A DNA stretch of 58,980 nt from Bacteroidota bacterium (GTDB lineage: Bacteria; Bacteroidota; Bacteroidia; Chitinophagales; Saprospiraceae). This document shows, one piece after another, positions 1-10,604 of this stretch (positions within the stretch are counted from its first letter, which is position 1; every line of letters starts with the position of its first letter). The translations under genes and the position numbers were made by a program. The stretch spans positions 1 through 58,980 of the forward strand of contig JAKQGD010000155.1 in assembly GCA_029573365.1 (NCBI GenBank), read 5' to 3'. The notes beneath the pieces were generated by a model, which saw only the letters and a list, made by a program, of their open reading frames with translations, did not search any database and was not told the DNA's origin.

Positions 1-569
1 GCAACCATACATGCCAGCAAAGTGGCAGCTCCCTGGCCATATACCAGATATATAATATTAAATCCTGATTTTAAATCCGATATCCAGGACAAATAACCCA
101 GTATGAAAATCATAAATACTTTGTCAAGAGCTGAAAACAAACTGTCGGCTCTGTAGTAGCCCATGCCTGCAATCGCTCCTCTGAGCACCATGTACAAGGA
201 GGTAAGTGCCAGACTGATACTGATAAAAAAAGCCATTTTCTGGTCGGCAAATCCCAGCAGGAAAGTGGCCACCACAACCACCAGGCTAAATATAAAAGAG
301 AATAGCAGTTTTATCTGTATGATGCTTCCCAGATGGTTTTTTATGGAGTTTCTGTTTTTTGGTATGTACTGGGCGTTCCAGTTTTGCAAGCCGGGGTCAT
401 TGACAAATTGGAAAAGGAAGACAAAATTGAGATAAAAAAAATAACTGCCATACGCCTGAGTGCCGGTAAGGTTCTGTATATGTGCGTCCACACCAAAGAT
501 ATACAGAGGTTTTACCAGAAAGTTGATTAAAAATAGGAGGATGATATTTATTAAAAATTCACGCTTCAC
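1..569 (-). CDS. Polytopic membrane protein, probable MOP/Wzx-type polysaccharide (oligosaccharide) flippase; N-terminal part only, continues beyond the window edge
   Basis: Absent from the ORF track because it runs off the edge. My reverse-strand translation from GTG at 569 is stop-free down to position 1, with an in-frame stop just upstream at 582-584. It reads VKREFLINIILLFLINFLVKPLYIFGVDAHIQNLTGTQAYGSYFFYLNFVFLFQFVNDPGLQNW...LLFSFIFSLVVVVATFLLGF...MGYYRADSLFSALDKVFMIFILGYL. Several hydrophobic helices; the N-terminal pattern resembles Bacteroidota flippases. Confidence 0.5.
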   Translation of the reverse strand, partial: MKREFLINIILLFLINFLVKPLYIFGVDAHIQNLTGTQAYGSYFFYLNFVFLFQFVNDPGLQNWNAQYIPKNRNSIKNHLGSIIQIKLLFSFIFSLVVVVATFLLGFADQKMAFFISISLALTSLYMVLRGAIAGMGYYRADSLFSALDKVFMIFILGYLSWISDLKSGFNIIYLVYGQGAATLLACMV

Positions 570-735
570 CTGATGACACGACTAGGTTTTTCTTTGTGTT
601 TGAAAATTACTTTTCTGACCGCGATAAAAAGCAGTATAGGTCACAAATCTAATTACTTTTTGTGGTAGACGGCAATGGGATCTATTTTTTGATAAGTCAA
701 GTAATGGAGTATAGGTATGAAAGTCACTTGGATTT

Positions 736-766
736 TTTGTTTTATTTGCCAATAAATTTACTTTTG
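736..766 (+). promoter_or_regulatory. Candidate Bacteroidota sigma-A promoter for the pyrophosphatase gene
   Basis: TTTG (736-739), a 19-nt spacer, then TACTTTTG (759-766). This matches the Bacteroidetes -33 TTTG / -7 TAnnTTTG consensus and lies about 50 nt upstream of the ATG at 817. Confidence 0.4.
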
Positions 767-816
767 TGCCCTTATTCACATTCATTTAATAATTTTTAAC
801 AGATAATCAACAAAAC

Positions 817-2982
817 ATGGGACAAAACATCATCTATTTGATTCCTGTCTTTGGGGTGCTTGCGTTGCTTTTTACATACTGGAAAAGTGCATGGGTTGCC
901 CGGCAGGAAGTAGGAACCGATAAAATGGCAAAAATTGCAGACAGCATTGCTACCGGTGCTATGGCTTTTCTAAGGGCCGAGTACAAGGTATTGGCAATAT
1001 TTGTAGCTGTAGTTGCGATCCTTATGGGATTCAGCGGTACCATGGAAGGTTCATCTCCTCTGGTGGCAGCAAGTTTTATAACCGGTGCTATTTGTTCAGC
1101 ACTTGCCGGCTTTATTGGCATGAAGGTAGCCACCAAGGCCAATGTTAGAACCACCAATGCAGCCAGAACCAGTCTTGGCAAAGCTTTGGAAGTAGCTTTT
1201 GCAGGAGGCTCCGTTATGGGTATGGGAGTGGTAGGACTTGGCCTTCTGGGTCTGGGTTCATTATTTTTTCTGTACAACAACATGTGGGCAGGTGATATCA
1301 ACAAAGTGATAAGTGTTCTCACCGGATTTTCTTTTGGTGCGTCTTCCATTGCTTTGTTTGCTCGTGTAGGTGGCGGTATTTATACCAAAGCCGCAGACGT
1401 AGGAGCTGACCTTGTAGGTAAAGTAGAGGCAGGCATCCCTGAGGATCACCCTTTAAACCCAGCTACCATAGCTGACAATGTGGGCGATAATGTAGGTGAC
1501 GTGGCCGGTATGGGTGCCGACCTGTTTGAATCATATGTAGGGGCCATTGTGGGTACTATGGTACTTGGAGCGGTTTTTGTTGGAACGACTGGTTTTGACG
1601 CTACCAATGATTTCAACGGTCTCAATGCGGTGCTTCTGCCTATGGTACTTTCGGGTGTGGGTATTATTACCTCAATCCTGGGTACCTTCTTTGTTAAAGT
1701 GGCTGAAGGTGGCAATCCACAAAAAGCCCTGAACAGAGGAGAATTTATTTCAGCGGCTATCATGCTTATAGCCACCTATTTTATTGTACACTGGATGCTT
1801 CCAGAAAGCTGGACCGATGCTTCTGGTTTTACATATACTCCATTTGGTGTATTTATAGCCGTGATTATTGGATTGATAGCAGGATTGTTGATAGGTATTG
1901 TTACTGAGTTTTATACCGGCACAGGTACAAAGCCGGTAAAATCTATAGTAAATCAGTCACTGACCGGATCTGCTACTAACATTATCGCAGGTCTGGGTGT
2001 GGGCATGCAGTCAACAGCTATACCTATTTTGATTCTTACAGCAGGTATCATCGGTGCACATCACTATGCTGGCCTGTATGGTATTGCCATTGCAGCGGTA
2101 GGTATGCTTTCAAACCTTGGTATTCAACTGGCAGTAGATGCTTATGGCCCGATATCTGACAATGCAGGTGGTATTGCCGAAATGGCCAACCTGCCCAAGG
2201 ATGTCAGACAAAAAACCGACAAGCTCGACGCAGTAGGAAACACCACAGCAGCGATAGGAAAAGGATTTGCCATCGGATCAGCTGCTCTTACAGCACTGGC
2301 ACTTTTTGCAGCATTTATGACCACCGCAAAGCTGACTTCAATAGATGTCTCTAACCCTAAAGTGATGGGAGGCTTGCTTATCGGGTCCATGTTGCCTTTC
2401 CTATTCTCTGCATTGGCCATGAATGCCGTAGGCAGGGCAGCCATGGACATGATCCAGGAAGTGAGAAGGCAGTTCTCGTCTATTCCCGAGCTGGCGGCTG
2501 CACTCAGCGTCATGAGGAAAAATGAAGGTGTCGATCAAAAAAACTGGTCAGATGCTGACAAAAATACCTTCGACAAAGCTGACGGGAAAGCCGAATATGG
2601 CAAATGTGTGGAAATTTCAACCAAGGCTTCCATCCGAGAAATGATTCTACCCGGAGTGTTGGCGGTGGCTTCTCCAGTTCTTATAGGATTCTTAGGTGGC
2701 AAGGAAATGCTAGGAGGTCTCCTCGCAGGTGTTACTTCGTGCGGAGTGCTCATGGCGATCTTCCAGTCTAATGCCGGTGGAGCCTGGGACAATGCCAAGA
2801 AAATGTTTGAAGAGGGCGTGGAAATCCAGGGTAAAATGTATTATAAAGGATCTGATCCACACAAAGCAACTGTGGTGGGAGATACAGTAGGTGACCCATT
2901 CAAAGACACTTCAGGACCTTCTCTCAACATCCTTCTTAAACTTATATCTATCGTAGCACTGGTACTGGCACCGCTGCTTTGA
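817..2982 (+). CDS. hppA: Membrane-integral proton/sodium-translocating pyrophosphatase (K+-dependent subtype by the GNTTAA motif)
   Basis: 721 aa and highly hydrophobic. Signature motifs present: [61 protein letters not shown]. Confidence 0.97.
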   Translation: MGQNIIYLIPVFGVLALLFTYWKSAWVARQEVGTDKMAKIADSIATGAMAFLRAEYKVLAIFVAVVAILMGFSGTMEGSSPLVAASFITGAICSALAGFIGMKVATKANVRTTNAARTSLGKALEVAFAGGSVMGMGVVGLGLLGLGSLFFLYNNMWAGDINKVISVLTGFSFGASSIALFARVGGGIYTKAADVGADLVGKVEAGIPEDHPLNPATIADNVGDNVGDVAGMGADLFESYVGAIVGTMVLGAVFVGTTGFDATNDFNGLNAVLLPMVLSGVGIITSILGTFFVKVAEGGNPQKALNRGEFISAAIMLIATYFIVHWMLPESWTDASGFTYTPFGVFIAVIIGLIAGLLIGIVTEFYTGTGTKPVKSIVNQSLTGSATNIIAGLGVGMQSTAIPILILTAGIIGAHHYAGLYGIAIAAVGMLSNLGIQLAVDAYGPISDNAGGIAEMANLPKDVRQKTDKLDAVGNTTAAIGKGFAIGSAALTALALFAAFMTTAKLTSIDVSNPKVMGGLLIGSMLPFLFSALAMNAVGRAAMDMIQEVRRQFSSIPELAAALSVMRKNEGVDQKNWSDADKNTFDKADGKAEYGKCVEISTKASIREMILPGVLAVASPVLIGFLGGKEMLGGLLAGVTSCGVLMAIFQSNAGGAWDNAKKMFEEGVEIQGKMYYKGSDPHKATVVGDTVGDPFKDTSGPSLNILLKLISIVALVLAPLL

Positions 2983-3006
2983 TTTGTAAGTACTTTAACT
3001 AAATAT

Positions 3007-3046
3007 AATGCCTTCTCTGCTTGTCGGAGAGGGCATTTTTATTTTT
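3007..3046 (+). terminator. Rho-independent terminator after hppA
   Basis: 11-bp stem aatgccttctc / gagagggcatt with one G-U pair and a 9-nt loop, followed by tttttattttt. Confidence 0.7.
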
Positions 3047-3113
3047 GGGGAAATTATAAATTTGAATTATTGGCTGAAAAGCTATATTTTTGAACACAAA
3101 TTGGAGGCCTTTG

Positions 3114-3956
3114 ATGCTGCTTAGCTACAGGACGGTTTTTTTCAGGGGGATTAAAAAAATTTTTTTGGTCCCTGCATTGATGATTTTAATATCCATTTCT
3201 GACCTGGAGGCTCAGAAATCATTCCAGCCCAAACAGGTAGAGTTTGAATGGAAGGGCATCGTTTACAGAAAGGAAACAACAGGCAATTTTACCTTGCACA
3301 CAAATGGCTATACTCTGGCTTATAACAGCGGCAAGATTAAAACGTACTATAAAACAAACTATTACCATGTGGAAATTGGCACCATGTCAGACCCACGTGA
3401 ACAGAAACAAAACAAAAACATCCCTTTGTCTTTTAATAAAGTTTCGCAGTCTTTCAGATTTGGAAAACAAAACCACATGTATGTCATAAGGGCCGGCAAA
3501 GGTGTTAAGAGGCTGTTGACAGACAAGGCCAAAAGAAAGGGGGTGGCTATAGGTTACAACTATGAGGCAGGGCCATCTCTGGCTGTGCTCAGGCCTTACT
3601 ACCTGGAGCTGATTTACAATTTTGAGCAGAACGGTAGATTTTACAATGAGCTCAGAGCAGAAAAATATTCTGAGGAAAATGCAGGAAAGTTTCTGGATTA
3701 CAATTCCATTTTTGGCGGTGCCCCCGGAGGTCGAGGATGGTCCGAGGTAAGCCTTGTGCCTGGCGTACAAGGAAAATTAGGTTTGTTTTTTTCGCTGGGG
3801 GCCTTCGAAGAATACGCCAAAGCTGTAGAAGTAGGCATCATGGGAGATCTGTATATCCGCAAAATTCCAATCATGGTCGAAACCAACACCATAAGCAGCA
3901 AACCCTATTTTGTAAACTTTTACCTCTCACTGGAGTTTGGTAAAAGGAAAAATTGA
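3114..3956 (+). CDS. Hypothetical secreted/outer-membrane protein
   Basis: ORF-track frame 3090..3956 has a TTG start; I prefer the ATG at 3114 (MLLSYRTVFFRGIKKIFLVPALMILISISDLEAQ, signal-peptide-like). The sequence is aromatic/Gly-rich with alternating beta-strand-like segments and ends ...FYLSLEFGKRKN. No catalytic motif recognised. Confidence 0.7.
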   Translation: MLLSYRTVFFRGIKKIFLVPALMILISISDLEAQKSFQPKQVEFEWKGIVYRKETTGNFTLHTNGYTLAYNSGKIKTYYKTNYYHVEIGTMSDPREQKQNKNIPLSFNKVSQSFRFGKQNHMYVIRAGKGVKRLLTDKAKRKGVAIGYNYEAGPSLAVLRPYYLELIYNFEQNGRFYNELRAEKYSEENAGKFLDYNSIFGGAPGGRGWSEVSLVPGVQGKLGLFFSLGAFEEYAKAVEVGIMGDLYIRKIPIMVETNTISSKPYFVNFYLSLEFGKRKN

Positions 3957-3983
3957 TGTTGTACTTTTAATTTTTAATCCCAC

Positions 3984-4862
3984 GTGGTCGACCTTCCTTT
4001 AGCCAATGAATCATCAGAGCCCGCTCGTCAGAGGAAACCTGATTGGCTCAGAGTAAAATTGCCCATCGGCGAAGAATACAGAAAAGTGCGTGGCCTTGTG
4101 GACAATTACAAGCTGCACACAATATGTCAGAGTGGCAATTGCCCCAATATGGGCGAATGCTGGGGTGCAGGTACAGCCACATTTATGATTCTCGGCAATG
4201 TGTGCACACGCAGTTGTTCTTTTTGTGCTGTAAAAACAGGTCGTCCTAATGAATACGATGAAGACGAACCACGTCGTGTTGCAGAGGCGATTTTTCTTAT
4301 GCAGGTAAAACACGCCGTCATTACTTCTGTAAACAGGGATGAACTCAAAGACCGGGGAGCAGAAATATGGTATCAGACTGTGGTAAAAATCAAGGAGGTA
4401 AGCCCTGCTACCACCATAGAAACCCTTATACCAGATGTCAAAGCCAGTTGGGACGCACTGGAGCAGATGGTCGCAGGCGGACAGGAAGTGGTTTCCCACA
4501 ATATGGAAACAGTGGAATCCCTTTACAGAAAGGTGCGGCCGCAGGCAAGGTACGAAAGAAGTCTCGAGCAGATTAAAAGAACCAAAGAACTGGGTAAAAG
4601 GACCAAGTCCGGAATCATGGTCGGACTCGGAGAAACCCACAATGAAGTTTTTAAAGCCATGGATGACCTGGCAGCCCATGGATGTGACGTGCTGACTATA
4701 GGCCAGTATCTGCAGCCTACAAAAATGCATATAGAAGTGGCAGAATTTATACATCCTGACATTTTTGCCATGTACAGGGAGGAGGGGATGAAACGCGGAT
4801 TTGATTTTGTAGAGAGTGGTCCGCTGGTGAGGAGCAGTTATCACGCTGAAAGGCACCTCTAA
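3984..4862 (+). CDS. lipA: Lipoyl synthase (radical SAM)
   Basis: 292 aa with a GTG start. [13 protein letters not shown] plus the radical-SAM CTRSCSFC motif; C-terminal ...[11 protein letters not shown] is typical of LipA. Confidence 0.96.
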   Translation: MVDLPLANESSEPARQRKPDWLRVKLPIGEEYRKVRGLVDNYKLHTICQSGNCPNMGECWGAGTATFMILGNVCTRSCSFCAVKTGRPNEYDEDEPRRVAEAIFLMQVKHAVITSVNRDELKDRGAEIWYQTVVKIKEVSPATTIETLIPDVKASWDALEQMVAGGQEVVSHNMETVESLYRKVRPQARYERSLEQIKRTKELGKRTKSGIMVGLGETHNEVFKAMDDLAAHGCDVLTIGQYLQPTKMHIEVAEFIHPDIFAMYREEGMKRGFDFVESGPLVRSSYHAERHL

Positions 4863-4971
4863 AACAAAGTTTTTAAAAATTCCCACGATTTATTGTGCAG
4901 TTTTGCTAAGTATTATATTTTTGCACCGCATTTGGAAAGAACGTAAGAGCCAACTTAACTCAATCTCAAAT

Positions 4972-5045
4972 GCCTCCTTAGCTCAGTCGGTTAGAGCGAC
5001 GGACTGTTAATCCGCAGGTCCCAGGTTCAAGTCCTGGAGGGGGCG
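4972..5045 (+). tRNA. tRNA-Asn (anticodon GTT)
   Basis: Hand-folded cloverleaf. Acceptor stem gcctcct/agggggc (one G-U), D-arm gctc-agtcggtta-gagc, anticodon loop ct-GTT-aa, T-arm ccagg-ttcaagt-cctgg. CCA is not encoded. Confidence 0.93.
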
Positions 5046-5049
5046 CAGA

Positions 5050-5085
5050 AGCCTGGTCTTAAAAGACCGGGCTTTTTGCTTTTTA
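5050..5085 (+). terminator. Rho-independent terminator after tRNA-Asn
   Basis: Stem agcctggtc / gaccgggct (one G-U) with loop ttaaaa, followed by ttttgcttttt. Confidence 0.7.
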
Positions 5086-5134
5086 AAATGCCTGTTTTAT
5101 TCCGTATCTTGCTTAGCAATTCGAAAATCAAATA

Positions 5135-6157
5135 ATGCCGCAAACCAATATATTCAGCTCCTTTTTGGTCATTCAGACGGCCTTTATAGGGGATGTAATC
5201 CTTGCTACCGGACTTGTAGAAAACATTAGAGCATCATATCCGGAAGCCTCCATAGATTTTTTAGTCAGGAAAGGCAATGAAACCTTGCTGCAAAATAACC
5301 CTCACATCAGGGAGATTCTTGTTCTAAACAAAAAACAAAACAAGTACCGCAATATCTGGAACATGATGTCCAGGGTCAGGAAAAACAGGTATGATGCTGT
5401 CATCAATGTACAGCGTTTTGCCACATCAGGGCTGATAGCAGCCTATTCGGGAGCGAGGTACATTGCCGGCTTTGATAAAAATCCGTTTTCGTGGTTTTTT
5501 ACGCAGAAGGTTGTACACAGGCTCGGAGGAGGCATACACGAAACCCGCCGAAACCACGAGCTTATAACCCCACTTACAAATGAGCGGGCAAGCAGGCCGG
5601 TATTATATCCGTCACAGTCCGACTTTGAAGTGGTGTCTGCATATAAGAAGAAACGGTATATATGTATAGCTCCTACATCGGTATGGTATACCAAACAGTT
5701 TCCTGCTGATGGATGGATAGGGTTTATCCGCTCGCTTGCCGGTAAAAATGTGTCGATTTATTTGTTAGGTGGAAAGGAAGATGCCGGCATAATCGATGGT
5801 ATCATTACTGCCTCACCTGACTCACATGCCGTAAACCTGGCCGGTAAATTGTCGTTGCTCCAGTCGGCCGCACTGATGAGGGATGCTGTGATGAATTATG
5901 TAAATGATTCCGCACCCATGCATATAGCGTCAGCGATGAATGCCCCAGTGACGGCTGTATTTTGCTCTACAGTACCGGATTTTGGCTTCGGACCTTTGTC
6001 AGACATCTCTTATGTGGTGGAAACCAAAGAAAAACTTACTTGCAGGCCTTGCGGCAATCACGGAAAAAAAGCGTGTCCTGATGGTCATTTTAAGTGTGGA
6101 AAGACCATCGGTAATGACCAGCTTTTATCAACCTTTCAAAATCAGGAAAATCATTGA
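5135..6157 (+). CDS. Glycosyltransferase family 9 (LPS heptosyltransferase-like)
   Basis: 340 aa. N-terminal LVIQTAFIGDVILATGLVENIR and C-terminal NDSAPMHIASAMNAPVTAVF are GT9-typical. Confidence 0.85.
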   Translation: MPQTNIFSSFLVIQTAFIGDVILATGLVENIRASYPEASIDFLVRKGNETLLQNNPHIREILVLNKKQNKYRNIWNMMSRVRKNRYDAVINVQRFATSGLIAAYSGARYIAGFDKNPFSWFFTQKVVHRLGGGIHETRRNHELITPLTNERASRPVLYPSQSDFEVVSAYKKKRYICIAPTSVWYTKQFPADGWIGFIRSLAGKNVSIYLLGGKEDAGIIDGIITASPDSHAVNLAGKLSLLQSAALMRDAVMNYVNDSAPMHIASAMNAPVTAVFCSTVPDFGFGPLSDISYVVETKEKLTCRPCGNHGKKACPDGHFKCGKTIGNDQLLSTFQNQENH

Positions 6158-6224
6158 TTGAAAAAGCCGAATTGAGTATGGATCGACTCCCGGCTGCTTT
6201 GGTTAAATAGAATAAATTTCGAAA

Positions 6225-7508
6225 TTAATCACCTCTGTTCATGATTTCGCTGCCTACGCGGCATGACATGCAGGCATGACTGGAGCAATAGTTTGTACGC
6301 AGATGGATGAGAGCCTGTGAATCAAACGCTGAGTGCATCCCCAAGCCCAGTTCCTTCCAGTAGCGGGTAATCTGGTTGTCTTCGGCACTGGTGTGTTCGA
6401 GCATGTAGATGGCCTTGTCGACATAGGATTCGTCATTGGTCATCTTGCCAAAATGAAACAACACAGGTGCCACTGCATTGATGACAAGGATGTCTGTAAA
6501 ATCCTTGCCTGTCTGTTTGACGTAATTTCTGGAAGGTGTGTCGAAGCGGTATTTGGTATCCCAGTACTCCCCGGCACGGCAATGCAGCCATTGCTGTATC
6601 CCCTCAGGACCTGAAGCTTCGCTTATCTTACTGAAAAGGTGTTCGGTTTTTTGCATCAGATGACAAAACTGGGAGATTCGTATGGTAGGAAAATTCACCG
6701 GCCTCATTCGTGCAAATTTCCAGGCTACCGGCTCCATGGGTGTAAGGTTATATTTTTTTTGCTGATACTGATATTCCTTTTTGAGTGCTTTGAAATATTC
6801 ATCTGTAAATGTGGCCGTGAGCATACCCGCCTGACCAAAAAACAGGGCTTCAAGCACCATCGGTTTGTCGATATTTTTATGGATGATGGTCAGAGGCACT
6901 TTTCTGGCCAGCCTTTCAAAAGGTTCTGTGTTAACTTTGGCACCAAAATACCTGGCCAACATGATATAGAGAGTTTCTTCCCAATTATGGCCGACACCCC
7001 GGTATATCTGGTCTACAGTCTGGGTCTTTTGCTGCAGCCTTTCGGCAATGAGGCTGTATTTCCACATGTCAATCTTGTCCCTATTTACACCTCCTATAAG
7101 GTTGCGGCAGGGTACCGGCTCAACGCTTTGCATCAATCCGATATAGTGGTTCAAGAAATGTTTTGGTATTTTTCCCTTGAGCTCCAGTACCGGGATATCT
7201 GCAGGCTGGCTTGCTGGCTTATCGTTTTCATAAACTACATGCAGGATGACATTTTCGTATGCCTTATCGTGCTGATGCCGGTGTTTTTGCCAGTCCGATG
7301 TAAATACATGCATTTCTACATTTCCGGCCCACATCGTGTCTCCAATCCTGATTTTAGCATTAAAAAAATCAGGACCTGCATCTGTGTTGTAGTTGCCGTA
7401 CTCCAGTATTTCCACATTGCTGCCATCGGTGGTCTGCAATCCTGGCAACAATTTTCTGGTACGCCACAAAAAGTGAAGAAAATCTTCCCGTATTGGTGAG
7501 TTGGTCAT
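6225..7508 (-). CDS. DUF2851 family protein (conserved, unknown function)
   Basis: 427 aa. The N-terminus (REDFLHFLWRTRKL...) and the length match my memory of the Bacteroidota DUF2851 family. Lies 3 nt downstream of folA on the same strand. Confidence 0.75.
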   Translation of the reverse strand: MTNSPIREDFLHFLWRTRKLLPGLQTTDGSNVEILEYGNYNTDAGPDFFNAKIRIGDTMWAGNVEMHVFTSDWQKHRHQHDKAYENVILHVVYENDKPASQPADIPVLELKGKIPKHFLNHYIGLMQSVEPVPCRNLIGGVNRDKIDMWKYSLIAERLQQKTQTVDQIYRGVGHNWEETLYIMLARYFGAKVNTEPFERLARKVPLTIIHKNIDKPMVLEALFFGQAGMLTATFTDEYFKALKKEYQYQQKKYNLTPMEPVAWKFARMRPVNFPTIRISQFCHLMQKTEHLFSKISEASGPEGIQQWLHCRAGEYWDTKYRFDTPSRNYVKQTGKDFTDILVINAVAPVLFHFGKMTNDESYVDKAIYMLEHTSAEDNQITRYWKELGLGMHSAFDSQALIHLRTNYCSSHACMSCRVGSEIMNRGD

Positions 7509-7511
7509 GGC

Positions 7512-8003
7512 TTATTTTCTTTCATAAACATTAAAGGCATAGTTCCACTCATTTTTTTCGTCTTTAACGTACTCCTCGCGGTTTGTAAGCGACCACTGAT
7601 CCATGGAGATATCAGGAAAATGTACATCACCTGTAATATCCAGGTCCACCTCCGTCAGATACAGGCGGTTCCACAGGTCCTGTGTCTGTTCGTAAATCTG
7701 GCCTCCTCCGATGATAAAAGCTTCGGCCTCACCGATATCGTAAGCGGCACTGAGGGCCTCGGATACTGACCTGGCTATGATGCAGTTGCTTGATATAAAA
7801 AACGGATCTCGCGTGATGATGATGTTTGTTCTGTTTGGCAGAGGTCTTCCTATGGAAGCATAGCAGTTTCTGCCCATGATGACTGCATGCCCTGTTGTGG
7901 TTATTTTAAAATATTTAAGGTCTGCGGGCAAATACCATGGTATGTCATTGTTAAGGCCTATCACTCTGTTGCGGGCCATGGCTACTATGCAGGAGATGGT
8001 CAT
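7512..8003 (-). CDS. folA: Dihydrofolate reductase
   Basis: 163 aa. IVAMARNRVIGLNNDIPWYLPADLKYFKITTTGHAVIMGRNCYASIGRPLPNRTNIIITR is the classic DHFR core. Confidence 0.95.
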   Translation of the reverse strand: MTISCIVAMARNRVIGLNNDIPWYLPADLKYFKITTTGHAVIMGRNCYASIGRPLPNRTNIIITRDPFFISSNCIIARSVSEALSAAYDIGEAEAFIIGGGQIYEQTQDLWNRLYLTEVDLDITGDVHFPDISMDQWSLTNREEYVKDEKNEWNYAFNVYERK

Positions 8004-8140
8004 ATCAGGACTTTTTCTTTTTCTTTGCTGGAGGTAAAATTATGTGTTTCGAAAGTAATCGTGCAAAAAATATTCAAACCCCCGGTTAAAAACGAAATCA
8101 AACCACATAATTATTATATTTACCGAATAAAACAAAACGT

Positions 8141-9880
8141 ATGGCTTTTCAGATAAAAGAGCAGGACAAGAAATACGATGTAGCTATTGTGGGCTCGGGG
8201 GCAGGAGGTGGCATGGCTGCCAAAATACTGTCGGAGGCAGGCCTTTCAGTAGCAGTATTGGAAGCCGGGGGAGATTTTGACCCTGCAATGGACGAATACA
8301 GAACACAGTTGCGTTGGCCCTATGAATCACCGAGACGAGGTGCCAACACCCAGAGGGTATTTGGCGATTTTGACGCTGCATGGGGTGGATGGGATATAGA
8401 CGGCGAGCCGTATACCAGAGCAGAGGGGACTTCGTTCGATTGGTTCAGGTCGAGGATGGTAGGTGGCCGGACCAATCACTGGGGCAGGATTTCTCTCCGC
8501 TTTGGCCCCAAGGATTTTAAAAGAAAAGACCAGGACGGTCTGGGTGACAACTGGCCCATCTCCTATGAAGAAATCAAGCCATACTACGACAGAGTGGATA
8601 AGCTGGTTGGTGTATTTGGCACCAATGAGGGTTTGCCCAATGACCCTGACGGGTTTTTCCTGCCTCCACCCAAGCCAAGGCTTCATGAGCTATTTGTCAA
8701 AAAAGGGGCAGCCATAGCAAAAGTGCCCGTCATACCTTCCAGGTTGTCGATACTAACCCGGAAAATAAATGATGAAAGAGGTGTCTGCTTCTTCTGTGCC
8801 CAATGCAATCGAGCCTGCCAGGTATATGCAGATTTCTCATCCGGCACTTGCCTGCTAAAGCCCGCCATGAAAAAGGGTAAAATTGACCTGTACACCCACG
8901 CCATGGTACGCGAAGTGGTGACCAATGACGAGGGCCTGGCTACAGGACTGGTATACATATCCAAAAAGGACATGCAGGAACACAGAGTGGGTGCCCGTGT
9001 GGTCGTATTGGCCGCTTCGGCCTGCGAGACTGCACGCATTATGCTCAATTCCAAATCAAAACAACACCCTAATGGTTTGTCCAATAGTTCCGGAGTCGCA
9101 GGCCGGTATCTCCACGACAGTACAGGAGCCGACAGAATGGGGTTTTTGCCGGATCTCGTGGACAGACCGAGATACAACGAAGACGGTGTAGGAGGACTTC
9201 ATGTATATTCGCCATGGTGGCTGGATAATAAAAAACTAGATTTTCCCCGGGGATACCACATTGAGTATTGGGGTGGTATCGGCATGCCTTCTTACGGTAT
9301 AGGATTTGGCATGGATACCATGCGAAAATATCTGGCTGACGAATTTGGAAAACCTTCGCCAAATGGTGGCTACGGTGCTTCCTTAAAAAAGGACATCAGG
9401 CGGATTTATGGCACCATGGTGGGTATGTCAGGACGTGGTGAGAGTGTGCCACAATATGACAACTATTGTGAGATAGACCCCGACACAGTGGACAAATATG
9501 GTATACCAGTGCTGAAGTTTCACTACAAATGGACAGATCACGAGGTCAAACAAGCCAGGCATATGCAGGATACTTTTGAGGAGATACTTACAGGTATGGG
9601 TGCGGTACTCATGGGCAACAAACCCGACCAAACCTCACAATATGGCCTTGCCGCACCGGGCAGGATTATACACGAAGTAGGTACCACGAGAATGGGTGAC
9701 GACCCTAAAACTTCAGTTCTTAACAAGTATGCCCAGGCTCATGAGTGTAAAAACCTTTTCGTGACTGATGCAGGTTCGTTTGTATCCCAGGCCGATAAAA
9801 ATCCTACATGGACTATCCTGGCCCTCTCATGGAGGACATCAGAATACATTATTGACCAACTCAAAAAGCAAAATATCTGA
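8141..9880 (+). CDS. GMC-family FAD-dependent oxidoreductase (flavoprotein subunit, gluconate-2-dehydrogenase-like)
   Basis: 579 aa. N-terminal FAD fold [32 protein letters not shown]; C-terminal GTTRMG...[10 protein letters not shown] is typical of GMC enzymes. Confidence 0.88.
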   Translation: MAFQIKEQDKKYDVAIVGSGAGGGMAAKILSEAGLSVAVLEAGGDFDPAMDEYRTQLRWPYESPRRGANTQRVFGDFDAAWGGWDIDGEPYTRAEGTSFDWFRSRMVGGRTNHWGRISLRFGPKDFKRKDQDGLGDNWPISYEEIKPYYDRVDKLVGVFGTNEGLPNDPDGFFLPPPKPRLHELFVKKGAAIAKVPVIPSRLSILTRKINDERGVCFFCAQCNRACQVYADFSSGTCLLKPAMKKGKIDLYTHAMVREVVTNDEGLATGLVYISKKDMQEHRVGARVVVLAASACETARIMLNSKSKQHPNGLSNSSGVAGRYLHDSTGADRMGFLPDLVDRPRYNEDGVGGLHVYSPWWLDNKKLDFPRGYHIEYWGGIGMPSYGIGFGMDTMRKYLADEFGKPSPNGGYGASLKKDIRRIYGTMVGMSGRGESVPQYDNYCEIDPDTVDKYGIPVLKFHYKWTDHEVKQARHMQDTFEEILTGMGAVLMGNKPDQTSQYGLAAPGRIIHEVGTTRMGDDPKTSVLNKYAQAHECKNLFVTDAGSFVSQADKNPTWTILALSWRTSEYIIDQLKKQNI

Positions 9881-9883
9881 CCT

Positions 9884-10588
9884 ATGGACAGAAGAGAAAA
9901 TATAAAAGTGTTGCTGGCAGGAACAATGGCCACAAGCTATTTGCTCAGTACAGGATGCAAGGATGACAAGTCTCCGCATGTTTCATCGGTCAAAGACAGT
10001 CTTTCCTACGGTCGTACCGCTGAAGAAAAACTGGTAGACGAAAAACTTATAGGAGAAACCTTTTTTTCCGATAAAGAGAAAAAAATGGTATCTGTACTTT
10101 CTGATATTATCATTCCAAAAGATGATGTCTCCGGCAGTGCGACAGAAGCAGGTGTGCCTGATTTTATTGAGTTTATGATGAAGGATTATCCAAAGTTCCA
10201 GACACCGATGCGGGGCGGATTGATGTGGCTCGAAAACAAAAGCATCCGCGATTATGACAAATCCTTTACAGATCTTAGCCATGAACAGCAGACAGCCCTT
10301 GTAGAAAAGATAGCCTGGCCGGATAAGGCTGAACAAGAAGATAAAAACGGAGTCAAGTTTTTTAACCTGATAAGAAATCTCACCTGTACGGGATTTTTTA
10401 CGTCAGAAATGGGAATCAAAGATATCGGCTATGTAGGTAACAGACCCAATCAATGGGATGGTGTGCCAGAGGATGTGCTCAAAAAGTACGGCCTGAGTTA
10501 TGACGAAAAGACCCTGGCTCAGTGCCTCAAAATAGAAGATCAGCAAAAGATTGCCAGGTGGGACGACAAGGGTAACCTGCTGGACTGA
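9884..10588 (+). CDS. Gluconate 2-dehydrogenase subunit-3-like small subunit (Tat-type signal, possible lipoprotein)
   Basis: 234 aa, starting 3 nt after the GMC gene. N-terminus [25 protein letters not shown] has a twin-Arg and a Cys lipobox-like end. The pairing with a GMC flavoprotein is characteristic. Confidence 0.7.
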   Translation: MDRRENIKVLLAGTMATSYLLSTGCKDDKSPHVSSVKDSLSYGRTAEEKLVDEKLIGETFFSDKEKKMVSVLSDIIIPKDDVSGSATEAGVPDFIEFMMKDYPKFQTPMRGGLMWLENKSIRDYDKSFTDLSHEQQTALVEKIAWPDKAEQEDKNGVKFFNLIRNLTCTGFFTSEMGIKDIGYVGNRPNQWDGVPEDVLKKYGLSYDEKTLAQCLKIEDQQKIARWDDKGNLLD

Positions 10589-10604
10589 TTTAGCGGTCTG
10601 CAAA

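Noticed and set aside
582-785. A 67-aa ORF in the spacer between the flippase-like gene and hppA.
   Set aside because: It lies in a divergent promoter region and overlaps the consensus-like hppA promoter boxes. Its composition is Lys/Asn/Thr-rich as expected from AT-rich non-coding DNA, and it has no supporting motif.
3136-3166. Clustered homopolymers (T7, G5, A7, T7) within 31 nt at the signal-peptide region of the 3114..3956 gene, considered as a slipped-strand phase-variation site.
   Set aside because: The runs are below the length (8-9 or more) usually associated with phase variation. They simply encode a Phe/Lys-rich signal peptide (RTVFFRGIKKIFLV). There is no evidence of alternative frames restoring an ORF.
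4014-4886. A 290-aa ORF on the minus strand, almost exactly co-extensive with and antisense to lipA.
   Set aside because: The lipA frame carries unambiguous radical-SAM and LipA signatures. The antisense product is Phe/His/Cys-rich with no motif, no plausible start context and non-coding-like composition. Stop-poor antisense frames opposite real genes are a known codon-usage by-product. Only ribosome profiling could revive this.
6639-7499. A 286-aa ORF on the plus strand antisense to the DUF2851 gene.
   Set aside because: The reasoning is the same as for the lipA antisense ORF. The sense frame has family-typical sequence and is operonic with folA. The antisense translation is low-complexity (F/I/C/H-rich) with no recognisable features.
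10551-10604. N-terminal extensions in the ORF track for tsaE (10551), and similarly pntAB (14804), DUF937 (21456), malQ (22234), rhodanese (33186), skp (46139), the 44745 gene and the PTPase (25578).
   Set aside because: The extended starts overlap upstream genes or terminators and add non-homologous residues. Internal ATGs give canonical family N-termini or clean signal peptides, so I trimmed them.
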